Assembly (NCBI RefSeq): GCF_018398935.1
Contig: NZ_CP074694.1
Coordinates: 270,001 to 302,000, forward strand
Direction of reading: 5' to 3'
DNA length: 32,000 nt
Origin: Telmatocola sphagniphila
GTDB taxonomy: Bacteria; Planctomycetota; Planctomycetia; Gemmatales; Gemmataceae
Shown: in pieces, positions 25,973 through 32,000 of the stretch
Layout of the letters: each line of letters begins with the position of its first letter
Numbering within the stretch: the first letter of the stretch is position 1
The notes under the pieces: generated by a model
Databases searched by the model: none
Told to the model about the DNA's origin: nothing
The model's input: only the letters and a program-made list of their open reading frames with translations
Made by a program: the position numbers and the translations under genes

Positions 25973-26833
25973 ATGGCTCGTTTCTCTCTCCGATCACTCG
26001 CATTTCTGGGTATGTTAATCCCCGGCTTCACCTCGGGAGCTTCGGCGGCCGAACCGACTCCCACACAAAAAGAAGCCCCCCCGATTCGCGCATTACTGGT
26101 CATCGGTGGTTGCTGTCACGATTATAAAAAACAGAAGGATATTCTCACCAAAGGCATCTCCGAACGGGCCAATGTCGAGTGGGTGATTTCCTATGATCCC
26201 GATCAGGGCACGAAGCACCTGAATCCGGTATACGAAAAGACCGATTGGGCCAAGGGATTTGACGTCATCGTTCACGATGAGTGCACCGCGGATGTGACCG
26301 ACATCGCAACCGTGAATAATATTCTGAAGCCGCATAAAGAGGGGCTGCCTGGCGTGGTCCTGCACTGCGGGATGCACTGCTATCGCACGGAAGGATTCCC
26401 GAAATCCACCCCTTGGTTCGATTTCACGGGACTGGCCACCACCGGCCATGGGGCGCAGCTACCGATTAGCATCTCTTTCGTAGACAAGACCAATCCCGTC
26501 ACTAAAGGCTTTCAGGACTGGAAGACGATCAACGAAGAGCTCTACAACAATTCGAACGGCAAGCTGCTGGAAACGGCTCAACCATTGGCCAAGGGCAAAC
26601 AGGTTTACAAGGACAAAAGTGGTAAAGAAATCGCTACCGAAACGGTCGTCGTTTGGACGAACACCTATAACGGCAAAGCCAAGGTGTTCGGAACGACCCT
26701 GGGTCATAATAATGCGACCGTGGAAGATCCTAAATATCTCGATCTGGTAACCCGAGGATTACTCTGGTCGGTGGGTAAGCTCGACGACAAGGCCTATCAC
26801 ACGCCAGCCAAGAAGGTGTTGCTAGACAAGTAA
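25973..26833 (+). CDS. Secreted ThuA-domain (trehalose-utilisation-like, class-I glutamine amidotransferase-like fold) protein
   Basis: 286 aa with a signal peptide. LLVIGGCCHDYKKQ, VVLHCGMHCYR and TTLGHNNATVEDPKYLDLVTRGLLW match ThuA-family blocks. Confidence 0.75.
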   Translation: MARFSLRSLAFLGMLIPGFTSGASAAEPTPTQKEAPPIRALLVIGGCCHDYKKQKDILTKGISERANVEWVISYDPDQGTKHLNPVYEKTDWAKGFDVIVHDECTADVTDIATVNNILKPHKEGLPGVVLHCGMHCYRTEGFPKSTPWFDFTGLATTGHGAQLPISISFVDKTNPVTKGFQDWKTINEELYNNSNGKLLETAQPLAKGKQVYKDKSGKEIATETVVVWTNTYNGKAKVFGTTLGHNNATVEDPKYLDLVTRGLLWSVGKLDDKAYHTPAKKVLLDK

Positions 26834-26870
26834 GCCCGGGCCGAGTTGTGCAATCCCATTAGAAATTGCG

Positions 26871-26906
26871 AAGGACCGGACCGCTGGGATCCGGTCCTTT
26901 TCGTTT
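26871..26906 (+). terminator. Intrinsic terminator after the ThuA gene; the hairpin is shared with the convergent lgt
   Basis: Perfect 10-bp stem AAGGACCGGA (26871-26880) / TCCGGTCCTT (26890-26899), 9-nt loop, then TTCGTTT. It abuts the lgt stop codon (26905-26907) on the other strand. Confidence 0.6.
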
Positions 26907-28194
26907 AAACAGTCCGTCTAGGCTGCGTCTTTCGCAGGTACAATTCCAGAAGAATCGCTCCCGCGAAAACCAGAATACTCACGGTCATGGAAGCGGTAAG
27001 CGAAACGAAATCGAAGATTGGATCGGTATCATTTCGCAACATCTCATTCAAAAATCGGTGAATCGCATAGCCGAACATCAACAGTACCATGACTTGGCCA
27101 TCGTGTCGGCGGAACGGATAGAAAGAGACCAGTAAAAAGACCATCAGAATCATACTGATGGATTCGTATAACTGAGTCGGCTGTAAGCCCAGGGATCGCG
27201 GTGTATACTCAGGCAGTTCAATGACTTCTTTATTTCGCTCCACGGTGAATTGAACTTTGGCCTTTCCTTTTGGCCAATTTCGCAACTGGTAACTCAGCAG
27301 GTCAGTCGCTGACAGTTGGCGAACACCGGGTATTTTGGAAAATTCGTCTTTAGCCAGTAGATACAAGTTCGGAGAAGTCACCAGAAACGTATAAAGTCCT
27401 TGCGAATTTTCGCTGACCGGATCGATTTCAGTCAATTTCCCGAGATCCTTCTCGATCTTCCGTACGGAATCCAGACCGGAGGGTGTTGTCAAAAAGAGAA
27501 TCAATAGGCCGTTGTCCTGACCATTAAATTTAAGGATCTTGTCGCCCGGTTGTAAACCCGCGCGCAACGCTTGAGAATCGGCTTCGACTTTATCAACAAT
27601 CGTACGAGGATCGTTCTCTTCACTGCGATCTATCGAGGAGAAGCCGAGTGTCGTCTGGTACGAATACTTTTGGGCGACCGTGGATCGAACCGGGCCAGTG
27701 AGCAACGGAAATTCCAGAGAAGCGCATTCGGATGAGGCTACCTGCCCGTAGCAACAGCCGTTCAATAAACATCCGACCCGACCCAGAACCAATCCCATGG
27801 CTAGGGCCGGTGCTATGGCGTCTGCCAGTACCCAAGTCGAGATTTTCAATCTACGCAGAACGTAATAGTAGAGGACGATATAACCGATGGTGCCACCCAG
27901 AACCGAACCGTAAAAAACGATCCCGCCTTCCCAGATTTTGAAGAACTGGCTGAAGGGAACCTTATACTGAATCATGTAAAAAATTCGGGCTCCGACAATT
28001 CCCGAGACTAGCAGCACGAGCGACAAATCCTGAATGCGATCGGCGGAAACACCCCCTAATCGTCCTCGGCGAACGGCGAAATTCATGCAAATGACGAAGG
28101 TCAAAAATAGCATGGCCCCGAAGCCGTGGATCGGAATACCCTCCGGGCCAAATTGGTTTTGCAGGATCGGTATGTGAAAGAGGACCTGTTGCAT
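26905..28194 (-). CDS. lgt: Prolipoprotein diacylglyceryl transferase with an enlarged periplasmic insert
   Basis: 429 aa. HGFGAMLFLTF, WEGGIVFYGSVLGG, GRVGCLLNGCCYG and PTQLYES are Lgt core blocks in the canonical order. About 188 residues separate GCCYG from PTQLYE. Confidence 0.88.
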   Translation of the reverse strand: MQQVLFHIPILQNQFGPEGIPIHGFGAMLFLTFVICMNFAVRRGRLGGVSADRIQDLSLVLLVSGIVGARIFYMIQYKVPFSQFFKIWEGGIVFYGSVLGGTIGYIVLYYYVLRRLKISTWVLADAIAPALAMGLVLGRVGCLLNGCCYGQVASSECASLEFPLLTGPVRSTVAQKYSYQTTLGFSSIDRSEENDPRTIVDKVEADSQALRAGLQPGDKILKFNGQDNGLLILFLTTPSGLDSVRKIEKDLGKLTEIDPVSENSQGLYTFLVTSPNLYLLAKDEFSKIPGVRQLSATDLLSYQLRNWPKGKAKVQFTVERNKEVIELPEYTPRSLGLQPTQLYESISMILMVFLLVSFYPFRRHDGQVMVLLMFGYAIHRFLNEMLRNDTDPIFDFVSLTASMTVSILVFAGAILLELYLRKTQPRRTV

Positions 28195-28365
28195 TCGCGT
28201 TTCCAGAGTGTTCCGGTCGGGGAGAAATCCATTTCAAGTTAGTCGCTATCGCCTCAGTCTGTCAATGCGAAGCCGTTCTTACTCGAGTACTCCCGGTCTA
28301 TAGAAAGCTTACAGAGTCAGGATAGACGATTGATAACCATTTGAAAATTGGGGCGAACTGGCCTC

Positions 28366-30105
28366 TCAGCCGACTTCCAATTCAGCCACTCGCGGGCAAA
28401 GTTCGCGAACGCGACGATTGAGGTAATCGCGAACTTCCGCGAGAGTGCGCATGCTGAGAACTTTCTCTGCGGCCTGCCGGGCGTCCGCGAGAGTGATGGT
28501 CTTCGCCATTTCCTTCATCGAACCGACAAATGCGGGAGCCATGCTGAATCGCCGAAGTCCCATACCCAGCAAAGGAAGCAGACAGCGCGGGCTTCCCGCC
28601 ATCTCGCCGCAAAGCGTAACCGGTTTTTGTCGTTCCACGCACGCCCCGATCAGGCCGCGGAGTAGCCTTAAAACCGCCGGATAGCAGGGATCGACCAGAT
28701 GGGCCACTTTCGGATTATCGCGATCCGCGGCCATGAGATATTGTGTCAGGTCGTTCGAGCCAATGCTCACGAAATCGACCAGATCGAGAATTTCGTTGAT
28801 GCACAAAGCGGCTGAGGGAACCTCCGCCATCACTCCGAACGGAATTCGATCCGGAAGTTGTAAGCCTTGTTCGATCAAGCTCTTGCGCAACTCTTCGAAA
28901 AGCAATTTTAACTCAATAACTTCTTCCACTCGGGATATCATCGGGAACATCACGCTGATATGTCCGTAGCGGGAGGCTCTTAGAATCGCCCGAAGTTGCG
29001 TTCGAAACAGTTCCGGATAGTCAGTCATCAGACGGATCGAGCGAAATCCCATAAAAGGGTTGGCTTCGCGACGGCTACCCAGATAAGGAACCTGCTTGTC
29101 TCCCCCCAGATCCAGCACTCGAATCGTCACGTTGGCGTTGGGAGAGGCTTCAATGACGTTACGGTAGGCCCGTTCCTGCTCTTCTTCCGTGGGGACGCCA
29201 GAGTGCGTCAGAAAGATGAATTCCGTTCGAAACAGCCCAACAGCCGTCGCACCAACACCTACCGCCGAAGCGGCATCGAACATGTTGTTGACATTCGCGA
29301 GGAACTCGAGGCTAACGCCGTCTGCCGTTATGGGCGCGTGGTCGCGATTTTCGATGAGCTGATTGCGAAGGTCGACGTACTCTCGCTCTTGCTTCCGATA
29401 GGCCGATTCCACTTCCGGCCCGGGATTGACGAGCACCACACCTTCCCGGCCATCGACAATGATCAGATCGCCCGAACGGGTTTCTTTCAGAACCCCGACG
29501 ACACTGGAAACTGCCGGAATACCCAGCGATCGGGCGAGAATAGCGGCATGGCCGATGCTTCCGCCGGTTTCCGTGACGATACCAATAACTTTCAGACGAT
29601 CAAACATCACCGCATGGGAAGGAAGCAGTTCCTGGGCTATGAGTATCACCGGCGTGTGAGTGTCGAACTTCTGTAGCCCCGATGCAATGGAAAGTTGATT
29701 AACCAACCGGCCGATCACGTCCCGGATATCGGCCATGCGTTCGCGGAAATACTCATCGGAAATCTGTTCGAAAAGTTTGCTGTAATCGTCGAGCGTTTTC
29801 CGAAGCGCCCTGACGGAATCGAGATGTTCTTTTTCAATAATACTCCGGACTTTACCGACCAGGGCCGGATCCCGCAGCAGGGCGCGATGGCCGCGAAAGA
29901 TATCCGCGGCGGGTTCTGAGATTTCCTTGGCAACGTGCTGGATAGTTCGGTCCAGATCGGCAGCCACGGCCTCGCAGGCCGCGTCGAATCGAACCAGTTC
30001 TGTGGCAGGATTCACACTATCCGCAAGGCCGGGGAATGCAACTTCATCCATCCGAAATGCCGGGGCGATGGCGATCCCGGCCGAGAGAGAGAGGCCACGT
30101 TTCAT
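28366..30105 (-). CDS. ptsI: Phosphoenolpyruvate--protein phosphotransferase (PTS Enzyme I)
   Basis: 579 aa. The phospho-histidine region is ETGGSIGHAAILARSLGIPAV, the PEP-utiliser TIM-barrel has FVSIGSNDLTQY, and the C-terminal block is LCGEMAGSP. There is no N-terminal GAF domain. Confidence 0.93.
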   Translation of the reverse strand: MKRGLSLSAGIAIAPAFRMDEVAFPGLADSVNPATELVRFDAACEAVAADLDRTIQHVAKEISEPAADIFRGHRALLRDPALVGKVRSIIEKEHLDSVRALRKTLDDYSKLFEQISDEYFRERMADIRDVIGRLVNQLSIASGLQKFDTHTPVILIAQELLPSHAVMFDRLKVIGIVTETGGSIGHAAILARSLGIPAVSSVVGVLKETRSGDLIIVDGREGVVLVNPGPEVESAYRKQEREYVDLRNQLIENRDHAPITADGVSLEFLANVNNMFDAASAVGVGATAVGLFRTEFIFLTHSGVPTEEEQERAYRNVIEASPNANVTIRVLDLGGDKQVPYLGSRREANPFMGFRSIRLMTDYPELFRTQLRAILRASRYGHISVMFPMISRVEEVIELKLLFEELRKSLIEQGLQLPDRIPFGVMAEVPSAALCINEILDLVDFVSIGSNDLTQYLMAADRDNPKVAHLVDPCYPAVLRLLRGLIGACVERQKPVTLCGEMAGSPRCLLPLLGMGLRRFSMAPAFVGSMKEMAKTITLADARQAAEKVLSMRTLAEVRDYLNRRVRELCPRVAELEVG

Positions 30106-30218
30106 AAGCCTCAGTTTACAGGGATACCGGGGAATTTCAAAAGACCTTTTCCGGTTCGAACTCTCTCGTGCGAAGCGGTTTTGGTATTGGGAGACTTTTG
30201 AGTTACTTAATAGATCCT

Positions 30219-30234
30219 TCCTTCTCGAGAAGGA
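30219..30234. promoter_or_regulatory. Perfect 16-bp palindrome in the ptsI / kinase divergent intergenic region
   Basis: TCCTTCTCGAGAAGGA, verified base by base. It lies 114 nt from the ptsI start and 96 nt from the kinase ATG. The operator role is inferred only. Confidence 0.25.
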
Positions 30235-30329
30235 GAACTGGAATTCCGGTAGGCGAGCAGTTAATCTGGGTATCAGATATTCAAGGAAACCCGTAATCTA
30301 TTGAAGAGCCTATTTGGTAGTGGGGAAGC

Positions 30330-31649
30330 ATGAAATCTGAACAGTTGGTGTCTTTTGTCAAATCGATTCGAAAGAGTAATCTCCTGGAAGAAAAATCCAT
30401 GAAGCTCCTCGAGAATTGGGCAGTCGTCGCCAATGCGGATCCCCAGGAAATTGCCAAGGAAATCGTCCAGCGCAAATGGCTGACGCCCTATCAAGTCAAA
30501 GAATTCTGGAAGGGGAAAGGCGATAAGCTCATTCTCAAACAGTACATCATCGTGGACAAAATCGGTGAAGGGGGGATGGGAGACGTCTATAAAGCCCGGC
30601 ATTCGACCATGGACCGGGAAGTGGCAATTAAATTGATTCGTCAGAAACGGCTTTCGAATCCCGATGCCATCAAACGATTTCAAAAAGAGATTCAGGCAGC
30701 AGCTCAACTCCAGCACGAAAATGTCGTCATCGCTTATGATGCCGACCAGCAGGGGGATTCCCATTTTTTCGTGATGGAATACGTCGAAGGCATAAATCTG
30801 TTCGAACTCGTGAAGAAATCGGGAGCTTTACCCGTCGCGAGCGCCTGCGAATATATCCTGCAAGCGGCGATGGGATTGCAGCACGCTTACGAGCGGGGGA
30901 TGGTTCATAGGGATATCAAGCCCGCAAACCTGTTGCTGAACAAGACGGGCACAGTAAAAATCCTCGATATGGGCCTAGCCCGCATCGATACGGCTACGAG
31001 TGCCGATGAAACCCGGCTTACTACGGAAGGCATAACTTTCGGCACACCCGATTTCATTTCCCCCGAGCAATGCCGCAATCCTCGCGATGTGGATATCCGC
31101 TCGGATATTTATGCTCTGGCAGCCAGCCTTTACTATTTGCTCACCGGCAGCCCGATGTATCCCACGGGCACACCGGCCCAGAAAATGATCGCACACAATA
31201 CGGAACCGATCCCGACCGTGGACCGCATCGACATGCCAGCGGGCCTGCCGGAGATCATTACCAAAGCTTTGGCGAAAGATCCCGCTTTGCGCTACCAGAC
31301 CCCCGTGGAATTCGCCGAAGCACTGAAACCCTATGCCCCCAGAACGAATACCGTTCTTACCGGTTTGATGGCCAAACTGGGAACTGAGGAAGTCGCGGAT
31401 ACTATTCCTGAAGTTGCGCCTTACGAACCGGATACTGCCAGCCGCTTTCGATTCGCCAGTCTGAACACCGAGCGGCCTGTGCGAGGAAATAAGTCGGAGA
31501 GCCATTCCAATAAAAAAATGATGTTAGTGATCTCGACCGTTTGTGTTCTGGCTCTGATCCTATTGCTGATTCTGCTCGTTTTGACAAACGATCCGGGTGC
31601 AAAGAAGAATTTAAAAACCCGCGAAATCTGGAAATCAAATTTGGGATAA
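30330..31649 (+). CDS. Hanks-type Ser/Thr protein kinase, C-terminally membrane-anchored
   Basis: 439 aa. GGGGAAG lies upstream. GEGGMGDVYKA, VAIK, HRDIKPANLLL, DMG (in place of DFG) and SPEQ. A hydrophobic helix MMLVISTVCVLALILLLILLVLT lies near the C-terminus. Confidence 0.92.
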   Translation: MKSEQLVSFVKSIRKSNLLEEKSMKLLENWAVVANADPQEIAKEIVQRKWLTPYQVKEFWKGKGDKLILKQYIIVDKIGEGGMGDVYKARHSTMDREVAIKLIRQKRLSNPDAIKRFQKEIQAAAQLQHENVVIAYDADQQGDSHFFVMEYVEGINLFELVKKSGALPVASACEYILQAAMGLQHAYERGMVHRDIKPANLLLNKTGTVKILDMGLARIDTATSADETRLTTEGITFGTPDFISPEQCRNPRDVDIRSDIYALAASLYYLLTGSPMYPTGTPAQKMIAHNTEPIPTVDRIDMPAGLPEIITKALAKDPALRYQTPVEFAEALKPYAPRTNTVLTGLMAKLGTEEVADTIPEVAPYEPDTASRFRFASLNTERPVRGNKSESHSNKKMMLVISTVCVLALILLLILLVLTNDPGAKKNLKTREIWKSNLG

Positions 31650-31657
31650 AACGGGGA

Positions 31658-31699
31658 GCCTCCTTGAGATCCGGTGAATTCATCCGATCACAAGGAGGC
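31658..31699. terminator. Hairpin between convergent genes (candidate terminator, no U-tract)
   Basis: GCCTCCTTG (31658-31666) pairs perfectly with CAAGGAGGC (31691-31699). The 24-nt loop contains a TGAATTCA palindrome. Confidence 0.35.
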
Positions 31700-31719
31700 C
31701 AGTCGAGTTCGAACGGGAT

Positions 31720-32000
31720 TTACAGACCGCTGGCGAAATCGTCGCGGTTCGTGGCGACCGACTTGTCCGCGGGGTTGGTATGCGGCCCGCGCGGCGCATG
31801 TCCGGGGTGGGTGCGAAAGCCTGCTCGAGCGACTTCGCTGACCACATCCTGATAGCTGACCGAGGTCGAATCGTAATCGCCCCCGTCAAAGTCGTCATAT
31901 CGGCAAACGTAGCCCGGTTTCTTGGCCAGTTCCTTTTCGGCATGGAAGGACTTTATAATGGCCGCTTGCATGGTTTCCCGGCAGGAGGAATGAATCGGGT
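31720..32000 (-). CDS. C-terminal fragment of an unidentified protein (the frame stays open to the right window edge)
   Basis: The track gives 31720..31971, but the frame continues upstream without a stop to 32000 (...PIHSSCRETMQAAIIKSFHAEKELAKKPGYVCRYDDFDGGDYDS...DFASGL*). No family recognised. The alternative overlapping frame (31680..31943) is Arg-rich nonsense. Confidence 0.4.
   Translation of the reverse strand, partial: PIHSSCRETMQAAIIKSFHAEKELAKKPGYVCRYDDFDGGDYDSTSVSYQDVVSEVARAGFRTHPGHAPRGPHTNPADKSVATNRDDFASGL

Noticed and set aside
28996-29676. 226-aa plus ORF opposite ptsI (and 30273..30764, 30975..31505 opposite the kinase)
   Set aside because: These are shadow ORFs antisense to genes with unambiguous signatures.
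30153-30161. GGTTCGAAC, a tRNA T-loop-like string in the ptsI-kinase intergenic region
   Set aside because: The flanking bases cannot form a T-stem (TCCGG/TCTCT), and no acceptor or anticodon arms can be drawn, so it is not a tRNA.
1-32000. The window as a genomic island, prophage or defence locus
   Set aside because: There is no integrase, transposase, tRNA attachment site, flanking direct repeats, restriction/CRISPR/retron-type genes or toxin-antitoxin-like pairs. Housekeeping genes (aroB, purB, lpxA, acs, lgt, ptsI) are spread evenly through it.

Overview
All calls rest on reading the supplied translations and the raw sequence for motifs; no searches were run.

The window looks like ordinary chromosomal core from a Planctomycetota-like bacterium. 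That placement is an inference from gene content: Hanks-type kinases fused to WD40 repeats, PQQ-like and NHL beta-propellers, ThuA, ExbB/ExbD without TonB, and frequent strand switches with few operons.

I support 29 protein-coding genes, two of them cut by the window edges and two missing from the ORF track.
- Housekeeping genes recognised with high confidence are aroB, purB, lpxA, acs, lgt and ptsI.
- Other calls include a polyprenyl-phosphate sugar-phosphate transferase, an ExbB-ExbD-ExbD cluster, a GYF_2/RDD membrane protein, a rhodanese and a TAT-exported NHL propeller.
- Also present are an SMP-30/gluconolactonase-like protein, an ACT-domain protein, an M14-like (DUF2817-type) and an M48 peptidase, an orphan sugar-type ABC substrate-binding lipoprotein, ThuA, DinB and two Ser/Thr kinases.
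- Two clean intrinsic terminators sit back to back at 8316-8388. There are several weaker hairpins and palindromes.

I found no rRNA, tRNA, CRISPR array, integrase, transposase or phage genes, and no DNA-level repeat family. There is no clear-cut novel multi-gene system.

The best candidates for undescribed biology are:
1. The same-strand GYF_2/RDD + ExbB-ExbD-ExbD block, which has no TonB or TolA partner and a proline-rich ExbB tail.
2. A convergent pair of tiny secreted proteins of extreme composition, one His/Cys/Pro-rich and one Tyr/Pro/Trp-rich.
3. An Lgt carrying a large extra periplasmic insert with a PDZ-like segment, directly downstream of ptsI.
4. A divergent M14-like/M48 peptidase pair.

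These are hypotheses, not demonstrated systems.
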